Shown piece by piece: positions 26,425 through 39,010 of a stretch of 64,000 nt of DNA (positions are counted from its first letter, which is position 1; each line of letters starts with the position of its first letter). A program made the position numbers and the translations under genes. Below the pieces are notes generated by a model. The model had not been told where the DNA came from. It did no database searches and was given only the letters and a program-made list of their open reading frames with translations. Source of the DNA: Octopus bimaculoides (taxonomy: Eukaryota); the NCBI RefSeq assembly GCF_001194135.2, contig NC_068984.1, forward strand, positions 117,923,984 to 117,987,983, written 5' to 3'.

Positions 26425-26925
26425 TTAACACTGTAGCATTTAAATCAGTCATATCTAGCCCAAATATTTTACCTGCTCTGAGTTCAAACCAACCAGATCC
26501 AGTTTCTTACACCTATCCTACAATGTCATTTTAAAAATGAACAATCACATCATAGAAATCTCAAAGCTTCAAGATAATGCACTATTAATTAAAAACAATG
26601 TGAACATGAGCACTCAGAGAGCACAAACCTTCACCAAGGCAACACCAACGTCCTCTCAATGATTAACCAGAGATGATTTTTAAAATGAGAATATCTGAAA
26701 TAAATTTGACTGCTCTTACAAACGTAAATACTAAAAATGAACCCGACCGCTCTCAAAAGTTAAGTAAAAAAAACGGCAAAATTACCCAGAATCCTTGTCC
26801 AGTACCTGATCGATCTCAAAATTTAATCATGAGGTCCACGAACAAACAAACAAGCAAACTCACTGAAAACAATACCTTGAATAAACATTACATTTGACAG
26901 GGTAATCTGAATGTTAAAGGGTTGA
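26425..26925. mobile_element. piggyBac-type MITE interrupted by a Helitron/Helentron-like insert
   Basis: Ends TTAACACTGTAGCATT...AATGTTAAAGGGTTGA (TTAA + CCC-type termini). Colinear with the uninterrupted copy at 14693-14912. Confidence 0.55.
26603..26877 (+). mobile_element. Non-autonomous Helitron/Helentron-like repeat
   Basis: Begins AACATGAGCACTCAGAGAGCACAAACCTTCACCAAGGC and ends ACAAAC..GAAAACAATACC. Inserted precisely with no TSD into the MITE; a second copy lies at 32935-33285. The superfamily assignment is inference. Confidence 0.5.
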
Positions 26926-27504
26926 GGGTAATGAAATTTTGGGTGTATATATCTGATTTCTGCAGTAAAAGGGCCAAACTTTGGTTATACACCTAGATAA
27001 GGTGTTTGAGACTGAACTCGGAACCATGTGGTTGTGAAGCACATTTCTTAACACACAGCCACGCCTGCACCTATATGATTACAATTTTTCAATAGAGTCG
27101 AAAAAAAAGACTAAAGGGTAGATTTATGGATATATTCCACCCATCTTTAACTACTGTTGCTCAAATCAAGGCAAGCTTTGCTGACCACTGCTATCTTCCT
27201 CAACTTCATGTCACATGTTATATTTTGGAGGCTTCTGCACCCGCCAGCAGATGATGGAGGCACTCAATTAAATTGACGTTATTGGCAGAGACACACAACA
27301 TGAAATTGAAGATCTATGAAAGTTAATAGGAGACAGAGATTCCTGTTGCAGCATGCAGCATAGCAAGATGCATCTCAATTGCAGCTGCAGCTACCTGAAC
27401 ATGTAGAATGCCATTTAACCACATATGGGAATTAAATCTACGTTTCAGACTAAGCTCATCACCTGTTTACTTTTTAATTCACACTTCTTTTTTTTTTTTC
27501 TCTA

Positions 27505-27668
27505 TGCACAGCCATGCGGTTAAGAAGCTGGTTTTGCAACCACACGGTTTCAGGTTCAGTCCTACTGTACTGTATCTTACATTTGGCAAGTGTCTTTTAC
27601 AATGCCCTGGGGGGCCAACTAAAGCCTTGTGGGTAAATTTGGTAGACAGAAATTGTGTGGAAGTCCAC

Positions 27669-27672
<4 letters not shown>
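27505..27672 (+). mobile_element. SINE family A, 5' half
   Basis: Homology to 19640-20070. Further degraded pieces lie at 1165-1330, 4540-4650, 11995-12112, 22290-22400, 27000-27075, 30555-30712, 31047-31212, 34195-34345 and 63740-63925. Confidence 0.75.
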
Positions 27673-27712
<40 letters not shown>

Positions 27713-27762
27713 TGTATGTATGTGTATGTATGTATGTATATGTATGTATGTATGTATGTGTA

Positions 27763-27801
<39 letters not shown>

Positions 27802-28585
27802 NNNNNNNNNNNNNNNNNNNNNNNNNNNNNNNNNNNNNNNNNNNNNNNNNNNNNNNNNNNNNNNNNNNNNNNNNNNNNNNNNNNNNNNNNNNNNNNNNNN
27901 NNNNNNNNNNNNNNNNNNNNNNNNNNNNNNNNNNNNNNNNNNNNNNNNNNNNNNNNNNNNNNNNNNNNNNNNNNNNNNNNNNNNNNNNNNNNNNNNNNNN
28001 NNNNNNNNNNNNNNNNNNNNNNNNNNNNNNNNNNNNNNNNNNNNNNNNNNNNNNNNNNNNNNNNNNNNNNNNNNNNNNNNNNNNNNNNNNNNNNNNNNNN
28101 NNNNNNNNNNNNNNNNNNNNNNNNNNNNNNNNNNNNNNNNNNNNNNNNNNNNATATATATATATATATATACCCATCAAGTTGAGCAAAACCACAGTCAT
28201 GACAGATACAGGTGCCATGCAAATGGCACCTGTGCTGGTGGCACATAAAAGCACACATTACAATTTCAGAGTGGTTTGCATTATGAAGGGCAACCAGCCA
28301 TAGAAACAATACCAAATCATACTGGAGTCTGGTACAGCCTTCCAGCTTACCAGCATGGACAACGGATGTTAAATGATGATGATGATGATGATGATATATA
28401 TAGTATGGAGATAGAATTATAATCCAAACTGTGTCCATGTGAAGCATATTTGTATATTCCAGTACTCCAAAATTGTATGTATTATTTGATTCTCTGTCTG
28501 AAGAATTTCTAATATAAGGTATCTTACATGTTTTTCATATCACAAGAAGTAAAAGGGATTAATATATATGTATATAAGTGTGTGT

Positions 28586-28905
28586 GTGGAGGCGCAATGG
28601 CCCAGTGGTTAGGACAGCGGACTCGAGGTTGGAGGATCGTGGTTTCGATTCCCAGACCAGGCGTTGTTTGTGTTTATTGAGCGAAAACACTTAAAGCTCC
28701 ACGAGGCCTTGGCAGGGGGTGGTGGCGACCCCTGGTGTACTCTTTCGCCCCAAATTTCTCTCACTCTTTCTTCCTGTTTCTTGAGTAATGCTGCGATGGA
28801 CTGGTGTCCCGTCCAGCTGGGGTGAACACATACGCCATAGAAACCAGGAAACCGGGCCCATGAGCCTGGCTAGGGTTGAAAAGAAAGAGTGCATGAATAA
28901 AAAAA
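28586..28905 (+). mobile_element. tRNA-SINE, head B + tail Y
   Basis: Same head and centre as 58311-58691, but the 3' part GAGTAATGCTGCGATGGACTGG..GAAACCAGGAAACCGGGCCCATGAG matches tail Y. Confidence 0.85.
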
Positions 28906-29260
28906 ATATATGTGTGTATGTCTCTGTGTATGTGTTTTTCTCCCGGCAAACCACTTGACAGCTGGTGTAGGTTTGTTTATTACCCTGTAATTTAGTGGCT
29001 TAGCTAAAAGGAATGATATAGTGAGTAGCAAGCTTAATAAAGAGAAAAATGAAATATTCACCTTGAATTTGAATTTGAGGATCACATAAGTGAAATTTAT
29101 TGTTAAACAACCATATAAGTATTTTATTTGATTACATACATTTTGAGTGCAGTTCCATGGCAGGAGCTGTGTGCACCTTTTGTATCTGTGTAGAATGTTT
29201 AGTGTCCAGTACGTTTCATTTAAATTAGCCAACAATTAGCCAATGCAAGAACCTCTACAT

Positions 29261-29586
29261 CAATGTTTCTCAACCAGGTTCCATATGGCCCCTGAGGGTT
29301 CTTATAAGATTTTTGGGGGTCCACATAACACAATAGTAAATTGGGGGTCCACAATAGTATTTTAAGGGCCCCTGAAAAAATTCTGCTTTAGCTGTATGTA
29401 TTGGTATGTATTTGAAGAAACAGCTAGGTTTCTTACTCAAAGGTTTTACATAGTCCATCCAGCCTACACAATTTAATATGTAAAAAACAAAATAGGAATT
29501 TTAAAAGAAGTGTCTATAAAACTAGTTTTTAAACATCAAAATAATAATCAAAGGGGTCCATAGATAAAAATGGTTGAGAACTCTTA
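29261..29586. mobile_element. hAT-type MITE
   Basis: TIRs CAATGTTTCTCAACC / GGTTGAGAACTCTTA; 8-bp TSD CTCTACAT (29253) / CTTTACAT (29587). Confidence 0.8.
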
Positions 29587-29944
29587 CTTTACATGAAGGG
29601 TTCCTGAAACAGCAAACAGTCTGCCATAATTGGTATCAAGTGGCTTGTCAAATTATTTTTAAAATTTAACTTATGACTTTAAAAACTCTTAGTTATTGTT
29701 TTGATGTCTTGGAAAACATGTCATTCAAAATTTTGTTGATGCCTTGACTTTAACTTGGGCCCTAAAATCATTGATGGAGTCATCAGATGGGCTATCATCA
29801 TGACAAATGGCGTGTTTTGGGCATTTTGTGACATGAGGGAGCTTATCCTTCTCCGTGTCTGTTTTTTTTTGTTTTTGTTTTGAGAAAGTGACAGACAGAC
29901 AGACAAATAGTAAGAATAACAGAAATAGAATAATTACTCTCAAT

Positions 29945-30308
29945 GTTTAACTGGTACTTTATACATCGACCCCAAAAGGATGAAAGGCAACGTTGACCTT
30001 AGTGGAATTTGAACTCTAAGTGCAGAGATCCAGAACCGTTACTTCTAAGCAATCTGTCCAATGCTCTAACAACTTTGCTAGTTGGCCATCTACAATTTTA
30101 TTACATAAAAGTATAAGGCAGTGAGCTGGCAGAACCATTAGCATGCTGGTTAAATTGCTTAATGGCACTAATTCCACTAAGGCTGATTTTGCCTTTTATT
30201 CTTTCAGGTTGGATAAAGTAAAGCATCAGTTGAGCAATAGGATCAATGTAATCAACTTAGGACCGCCCCTAAAATTGCTGGCCTTGTGCCAAAATTTGAA
30301 ACCATTAT
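29945..30308. mobile_element. Head-to-head pair of family M SINEs (29945-30092 -; 30116-30308 +)
   Basis: Homology to 23817-24045 in opposite orientations. Confidence 0.8.
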
Positions 30309-31491
30309 ATTTGAAACTAAGCATGATAAATGAAATGAGAACAAACATCATTGGTGCCTAAGCAGGCTCAGTGTATAGATACACAGAAGCAAACACACAC
30401 CCACCAATACATATTTAGGTGTATGTGTGTGTGTATGCATATATAAATATTACACACATGCACGTGCACATACACAAATATACCACACACACACATACAC
30501 ACATACATACACACATAAATACACAAATATACCACACACACACAAATATATTATGGACTTCTGTACAGTTTGGGTAATCAAAATTTTAGAAGGTATTGGT
30601 GAACCCAAAGCTGTAATAGAAAATGCTTGTCCTAAGTGCAACATAGTGAAATTGAACACAGAACCCAAGAGTTGTAAAGTGGATTTCTTAACTACACAAT
30701 CATATTTATTAAAACATTGATTCATAATATAAATATGAGACTGTGAATTACTGAGGCTTTGCGATTCCTCAGCCTGGACCAGGGGTGCTCCCGGCGAAAA
30801 GTGGCCCCGCTCCACTCTAATACACCAGGAACTTCTGGAGCCCTGAGCTCGCGCTCGGACTGTGTGGGTCGCCCACGACAATCAGCCCAGGGAGTAGTGG
30901 TGGTGGAACGCATGTATCAGCCTTCTTGGCCTAGCTCGCGTCCCATGGTTTATCATACTGATATCAATACTTAACTAGGAACTTATTTCAATGATGCCAT
31001 ACCAGAAGAATGAGGGTAGCTATTAACACATCAATACATATAGTCAGCGCAGGCATGGCTGTGTAGTTAAGAAGTTTGCTACTCAACTATATGGTTTCAG
31101 GTTCATTTCCACAGCATTGCACCTTGAGCAAGTGTCTTCTACTACAGCACCAGACTATGATCAAAGCTTTGCGAGTTGTTCAATAGACAGAAACTGAATG
31201 AAGCCCATCAAACATGTATGTGTACATATACATATATATGTGTGCGTGTGTGTGTATATATATATATATATAAATATATATATATATAGATAGCACAGAA
31301 TTTTGTCAGTGAACAGGTCGCGGTCTCAAAGCGACGAAAATATTTTGACAAATTAAATTTAAATGTTGAAGTGAATCTAACGGATTTTGTGTGTTATTTT
31401 AAATGGCTTATAAACACCTTCCACGCTGCAATTGTTTTCGTTCCAGCACACGATCTCAGATCAGGTCACTTGCTATGCAAGTGCATCTCCG

Positions 31492-31538
<47 letters not shown>

Positions 31539-31555
31539 TATATATATATATACAC

Positions 31556-31592
<37 letters not shown>

Positions 31593-31702
31593 TACACACA
31601 CACACATACATGCATACATATATCATATGTATGTATGTATGTACATGTGTATGTATGTGTGATATGTTTGTATGTTTCTTGTCTTGATATTGCATGAGAG
31701 AG

Positions 31703-31912
31703 AAAGGCAGTGAGCTGGCAGAAACGTTAGCATGCTGGGCAAAATTCTTAGCAGTATTTTGTCTGTCTTTATGTTCTGAGTTCAAATTCCACCAAGGTCA
31801 GCTTTGCTTTACATCTTTTCAGGGTCAATAAATTAAGTGCCAGTTGCATACTGGAGTCGATCTAATCTATTGGCCCCCTTCCGCCAAAATTTCGGCCCGT
31901 GTGCCTAGAGAA
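31703..31912 (+). mobile_element. Family M SINE nested in a (GAT)n-tailed repeat, with TSD
   Basis: TSD-like GATATTGCATGAGAG (31686-31700) / GATATTGCATGTGAG (31918-31932). Confidence 0.8.
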
Positions 31913-32818
31913 GACAAGATATTGCATGTGAGTTGTAAATGTAAATGATTGTCACTGTCCTACAAGCGGTGTCATTCATTTCCAATATTCTGTGAAAACA
32001 TGCCTGGCCATTGGGAAATAGAAATATTACATTGCTTGGAAACTGGTGAGGGTTGGTGACAGGAAGGGCATACAGCTGCAGAGAATTTGCTTCAATAAAC
32101 TCCATCCGGCTCATGCAAGCATGGAAAAGAAAGTGGTGATAATAATGAGATTCTAATACCCTATGAGTGGAATTTGAGTGTTAGAAACCATACAAAAACT
32201 CATTATGTATTACTGTTTGTGTTTATGTTATGTCCCTTCTGTGTTGCTCTATAATTTAGTGGTGTGACATATACAGATCGATAAAATAAGTCCTGGGATC
32301 AATATGGCATATTAAAAATATTAAAGATGGTGCCGAAGCATCATCACTGTCTAATAGCTGAGACCGATAAAAGAATATCTTCATGCATATTAATAAGCTA
32401 CAATACATAATACATGCATATGTATATGCATGTATCTTGTATATATGAATATGTATTTTAGTTTATTAATATGTATGACTGCATGATTAATATTTATTAA
32501 TATGTAAGTGCATATTTTTGTGTGTAAATATACGCATCTGTAGACATAATCTTGTTTTAAAGACTAAATAGATGTGTTGAAGTTATTAACCTATTGGCAA
32601 TAAAATAAACTAAAACAAGTGCATAAGTACGTATTTTAGTTTAATTATCTGTATGACAATGCATTAATATGTATTAATATTTATGTGTGTGCTTATGTGC
32701 ATATATATTTATGAACATAACACATTGTTTGAAAGACTCAGTGGCTGTATGTTTAAGCTATTAACTCAAAGGCATAAGTTAATAACTCTGTTACTATTAC
32801 AGTTGTGTGCTTCTACAA

Positions 32819-32934
<116 letters not shown>

Positions 32935-33285
32935 AACAAGAGCACTCAGAGAGTGCAAACCTCTGCCAAGGCAACACCAATGTCCTCTCAGCGATTAGCC
33001 AGAGATGCTTTTTAAAATGAGAATATATGAAATAAACTTGACTGTTCTCACAAACAAGAATGCTAAAAATGAACCTGACCACTCTCAAAAATTAAGTTAA
33101 AAAAAAAAAACAGGAAAATAATCCAGAATCCTTGTTCGGTACCAGATCGATTCCAAAATCTAATCCTTTTGTGTTAATCACGAGGCCAAACATCCCTGAA
33201 AGTTTCATCTGAATCCATCCAGCGGTTCTTGAAATATCTTGTCCATGGACAAACAAACAAACACAACTGAAAACAATACCTCTGC
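32935..33285 (+). mobile_element. Non-autonomous Helitron/Helentron-like repeat (longer copy)
   Basis: Homologous to 26603-26877 along its length. Confidence 0.5.
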
Positions 33286-34887
33286 CAACAACAATTATTT
33301 CTGATTTAGGTTCAAGGTCAACAATTTTGAATGGAAGATACCATACTGGAGTCAATGCCATTGATTCCAGTACCAGATTGGTACTGTATTTTGTCAACCG
33401 TGGAAAAGATGAAAGGCAAAGTTGACCTCAGCAGAATTTAATCTCTAATCATAATGGCTTCTTATTTTGGTACAAGCCAACAATTTTGAGGAAAGGGCGC
33501 TATTTGATATCATTGACCCCAGTACTGGAGTGGTACTTTACTTTATAGACCCTGAAAGAATGAAAAGTGAACTTGACTTTGACGGCATTTGAACTCAGAA
33601 CATAAAATGCCAGAAGAAATACAGTAAAGCATTTTACCCAATGCCCCAATGATTCTACCAGCTCACTGCCATAAAAACAATGATGATAATAATGATGATG
33701 ATGATTATGATGATGATGATGAGGATGATGATGATGATGATAATGATGATGATGATGAGGAGGAGGAGGAGGAGGAAAATACCATTCCTTTTTTTTTTAT
33801 AAAATATCAGCTCCATCAATTTGCATAAACATGCAAGTTTCTAAATTTTCAAAAATACCATCCAACTCATGCATAGAATAGGACCACATAATATAACATT
33901 ATGAAATAGAGTTTTCCCTTTATATCACAAATGTCTCTGTAGGTTAAGATTTCGCCCAAGAATTTAGATTACTAAATAGATGGGAGTTGAACTAGTTTCT
34001 TTCTTTAAATGGATCTTGTGTCAGTTTTGGTGATAAGTGTTCCAAGTGTTCAACCAAATAAACTTATCTATTTATTGAAATATAATGTAAAGTGGAAGTG
34101 TAATTCCAATGTAATTTTTATAGAGAATCAGTATGACAAATGTATAACAAATTTGGATCTTTGAATGTCACAGGAACAGTCCATTTAAGGAGTTTCTATA
34201 TAGTTTCCATCAACCAAATTTCACTCCTGCAATTTGGACTGACCGAAGGTTATAGAAGAACCCATTATCCAAGGTGAAGTATAGTGGGATTGAACTTGAG
34301 AGCTCATGGCATTGAAGCAAACTACTTAAACATTTAGCCACCCTAGAAAGTTTCAGTTTCCTTCTACACATATTAAAAGGAAATTGTTCATTAGCAGATA
34401 CCTTCCTGGCAATTAGGTACAACAAGACAGAAAAAAAAATGAGGTCTCTTTCTTCAGAGACTATGAAATATCTTTGGCACCATCAGTTTTCAATTATTTT
34501 AATCCTTCTGATGCCAGCCTGTTGAGTCCATCTCTGGTTATATGATACAAATTTCCTGTTGAAAGTGATCTAAATTAAAATCTTCCATTAAAAATTTCAT
34601 GTTAATTTACATTCGAAATACCAGCTTAATTATTCTTTTTATCATCAGCATTTTGAATTTTTGTGAGAGGGAGGTAGTTGATTGATTGACCCCCAGTGCA
34701 CAACTGGTACTTATTTTGCCTACTCCAAAAGGATGAAAGACAAAGTAAGTCTTGGTGGGATTTGAACTCAGAATGTAAAGAACCAGAAGAAATAATATTT
34801 CTAAGTATTTGGTCTGATGTACTAACGAGTCTGTCCACTTGCTGCTGTTTTGCCAGCTTCCGAGCTAAATAATGATAGTTATTTTGT

Positions 34888-35138
34888 TGAGTGGCTGTGT
34901 GGTAAGTAGCTTGCTTACCAACCACATGGTTCCGGGTTCATTCCCACTGCTTGGCACCTTGGGCAAGTGTCTTCTACTATAGCTTCAAACATAATGCTTT
35001 GTAGGTGTGGCTGTGTGGTAAGAAGTTTGCTTTCTGACCACATGGTCTTTGGTTCAGTCCCACTGCAAGGTACCACTATAGCCCTTGTGAATGAGGTTGG
35101 AAGGTATAAACTGTGTGGAAACCTGTCGTATGTAAGAG

Positions 35139-35181
<43 letters not shown>

Positions 35182-35362
35182 GTGTTTGTCTTATGTTTGT
35201 CCCCACAACCACCACTTGACAGCCGGTGTTGGTTTGTTTATGCCCCCATAACTTGGTGGTTTAGCAAAAGAGACAAATAGAATAAACACCAGGCTTTAAA
35301 ATAAGTTGATTTGTTTGACTAAACCCTTCAAGGTAGTGCTCCAGCATGGCCACCGTCTAATG
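34888..35362 (+). mobile_element. SINE family A with two tandem heads
   Basis: Head at 34888-34985, then a second head at about 35005 continuing into the body and tail. Confidence 0.8.
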
Positions 35363-35369
35363 GCTCCAG

Positions 35370-36270
35370 ACTGCTGTATTTGACTCCAGTTCTGAACTGA
35401 TTTTCAGTTACATCAACTCCAGAAGGATGAAAAGCAACATGGATCTCATCAGTGTTTGAGCTCAGTACTTAAAGCAACATAACTAAAATACTACAGAACA
35501 CTTTTTAACAGTACTTAACTGGTGCTCTATTATATCAACCCTTGAAGGATGAAAAGCATTTTTGACCTCAATTGTGTTTGTACTCAGAACTAAAAGACTC
35601 ATAACTACAACGCCGTAGGACACTTTGAACAATTATGCTATGTCCTAATCTAATCTAATCAATAGTTGAATTCAGAACTTAAAGGGATATAACTGAAATA
35701 CTAGAGAACATTTTTTTTTTATCGAAATCAAAAATGGAAATTGTAGCTGTGGCCAATGCCAGTGCTGCTTGATTGGCTCCCATACATGCGTGGGTCGTTG
35801 TCAGTGCCGCCTGACTGGCTCTTCGTGCCGGTAGCACGTAAAAAGCACCATCCGAACGTGGCCGATGCTAGCATCCCACCCTGCCCCGACTGGCTCCTGT
35901 GCCGGTAACACGTAAAAAGCACAATCCGAATGTGGCCGATGCCAGTGCCGCCTGACTGGCTCCCGTGCCGGTGGCACGTAAAAGCACCCACTACACTCTC
36001 AAAGTGGTTGACGTTAGGAAGGTCATCCAGCTGTAGAAACATTACCAGATCAGAATGGTGTTTGATGCAGCCTCCTGGCTTGCCAGTCCCCAGTCAAACC
36101 GTCCGACCCATGTCAGCATGGAAAACGGACGTTAAACAATGAAGACGATGATGATGAAGGATGAAAAGCATTTATGACCTTAGCTGTATTTGAAATCAGC
36201 ATCTAAAGGCTCATAACTTAAGTACTGTAGGACATCTTTTTGTCCCAGCACTCTGGCAATTCTGCCATGG
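35370..36270. repeat. Diverged tandem copies of a ~120-bp family-M-like segment, interrupted by the 35728-36150 retroposon
   Basis: GAAGGATGAAAAGCA..GA(C/T)CT..TGTTTG..CTCAG at about 35421, 35545 and 36157. Confidence 0.55.
35728..36150 (+). mobile_element. (GAT)n-tailed retroposon with internal tandem repeats of about 65-70 bp
   Basis: Unit GTGGCCGATGCCAGTGCCGCCTGACTGGCTCCCGTGCCGGTGGCACGTAAAAGCAC repeated about 3-4 times before the GGAAGG.CATCCAGC segment and the GTTAAAC..GATGATGATG tail. Confidence 0.75.
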
Positions 36271-36666
36271 TCTAATCTAGTTTTTATGTAATCAGAGATT
36301 TTAATGCATATCTACTTCACTACGAAGTACTGTATAGTGCAACACAACCACAGTACAGACAAGCATCCTTGCTTTCGACATACAGCTTGCCTAGAATGCA
36401 ACAGAAATAATTGATAAAGAAAAAAAAAGAAAGAAAACACCTCACCTTTGTGAGTAACAGATGTAATACACACCTGAATGTATCAGTTGCAGGTGTGTTA
36501 GTTCTAGCATGACAGTTTAACCCCTTTAAAGGGTTCCTATCTGTTTTCTTGCCTTTCTTTCTTTCTTCTGATTTTACGAGAGTGGTGGTAAGCGGGAGCA
36601 CTATAGGAGGTGACTGGTACGTGTCCTTCAACTTCTCCCCTCTCCCACTCTCTCTCACTTTCTCTT

Positions 36667-36715
<49 letters not shown>

Positions 36716-38015
36716 TTCTCTTTCTCACTTTCTCTTGTTTATTTTATTTCTTCAAAGAAGTGTTTTTATAAGATCAAAGAAATAGTAGAGACAGTATGCG
36801 TGTGACTCTAGCGACAAATATGGTTGGATGCTAGCGTACAATTATACATGTAAGACAACTAATATATTTAACTTATTTTAATGGTTAAATATAGTTGTAC
36901 ACAGAAATGTTTACATTGAATGAAGACGTGGATATATAAACTCCGGTGTTAAATCTCTCTTTTTTAAATGTATAAATTTGAAACTTTGGATATATAAACA
37001 AGGAGAACGATCCTTAAGGAATCTAATTAATGATTTTTTGAGGGGAAATCTTATGCTATATTGGTAACGATTCCTGCAACTGCATTTAATTGAACAATGT
37101 AATCATTACTTCAATTTAAAATGCAGAGCAATCCTCAGCTGCACAAAGACAGAATTTAATTAAATTAGAACAGATGGACACATTAGTATAATAATACCTA
37201 AAATCTGCCAACAAGTTAAGGAGATAGACAAAGAACATGTTGCCTCTACTACAACATAGAAGTTAAATAAATTGTCAAGAAGACTCTTCCTGTCACTGAT
37301 TTTATTTGTTTTTCAATGGGGGTCAGTTTTAATTTATAGACTAGTTTATCAAACCTTGTATATCTAAGGCTGAGAAAAATAAAGGGCATTATCTATTTGG
37401 GGTAGGGTTGAGAGAGCAGACGGAAATCATAGTTGGTATAGTCATAAAAAATAATGAGGTTTGGTAAAGGAAAACTTAAAACAAGATGTTGGCTGACAAC
37501 TAAGATGGGTGTCGCCCACAAGCAGACCATTGATAATGAAACAGGGGAAGTCTTATTATGTAGTACCATAGTTAAATGTTTTAAAACAATGTTGCTGTAT
37601 TGTATACAGAAAAAGTTTATGGCTATTCAGAGGGTTATTAAGAAGAATATATTAACAAAAGGATAGAAATTTATGGATACTTTTGAGTATATACCAAACT
37701 TTTTACCACAATAGAAGGAAGAAAAGAAATTATTCAGAAATAGTTTAATATTTATACATATTGTACACTTAAATACTAACTCATCAGATGGTATCTGTGA
37801 ATATTAATTAATAGGTATATACTGGCGTTAATAAAGAAGCATTCAGGTAAAAAGAACATTCTAATTATATATTAAAATTATATTCTAAGCATTTTTTTAT
37901 ATGTGGTGAATATGACGCATAGTTTTATATAAGCTAAGTATGAATTTATTGCGATACAAAGATTAGCTTAATATTTTATGAATAAATATTCATAAAAAAT
38001 TAAGCTAATCTTTGT

Positions 38016-38060
<45 letters not shown>

Positions 38061-38406
38061 NNNNNNNNNNAAGAGATTGATTATTACTATCATCATCCTC
38101 CTCCTCATCATCATCATCATTATCATCATCATCAGTATCATCATCTTTATTTAAAGTATATGGTTTCTATCAGATAAAAAGCAACAGCAGCGACAATAAC
38201 AACAACACAAATGATTAATAAATAACAACTGTTAACTACCGATGCCCTGTTATTTAATTAATCCACCTAAATTGTATGTTTCATCAAATGTCTCGCTATG
38301 TTTGTTGTTGTTGTTATTGTTTTCTTGTAGAGCAACCAACCTCGATATGTCACATTGGAATGGGGTCTTTTTTATTGTTTTGTTTAGATTTTTTTAATTT
38401 TATTTA

Positions 38407-38437
<31 letters not shown>

Positions 38438-38714
38438 TTTTTTTTTAATATTTTCCGAGAAGTGTCAAGTTCACTTGCAGTCTACAAGTTCTCAGTAGCA
38501 TCATTTGGAAACCGATACTTTCCGATAAATAGCTATGATGATATAGGGGAGACAGAAAGAGAAGGGAAAGGAAAAGAGAGATGGGGAGAGAGAGATGGAG
38601 AGAGAGAGAGAGAGAGAGAGAGATGGAAGGGGAAATTAGAGAAGCAGTGTGCATCACTTACAATGAAGATGACGATGATGATGACGATGATAACGATGAT
38701 GATGGTGACGATAG

Positions 38715-38749
<35 letters not shown>

Positions 38750-38819
38750 GTAATAATAAAAAGTAACAACAACAACAGCAATGCTTATTATTCGACTGCT
38801 GGGGTATTTCAGAAAAAAA

Positions 38820-38979
38820 ACGGAGAACAAGTATTGGGTTAGGAAAAAAAAAAGAAAAAAGAAGTTTGTGTAGTGGTGGTGGTGGTGGAGGATTAAAAAT
38901 AAAAAATAAGCAATAAAAAAAAAAATCCGAGGATTAATTCTGACGGAGAATTCGATCGAAGTGGCGGCGGCGGCGGCGG

Positions 38980-39010
<31 letters not shown>

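Noticed and set aside
28586-28660. tRNA genes suggested by A/B-box sequences (also at 58620-58691, 59850-59919, 8698, 57376)
   Set aside because: They lack a full acceptor stem and continue into SINE bodies with tails and TSDs, so they are SINE heads.
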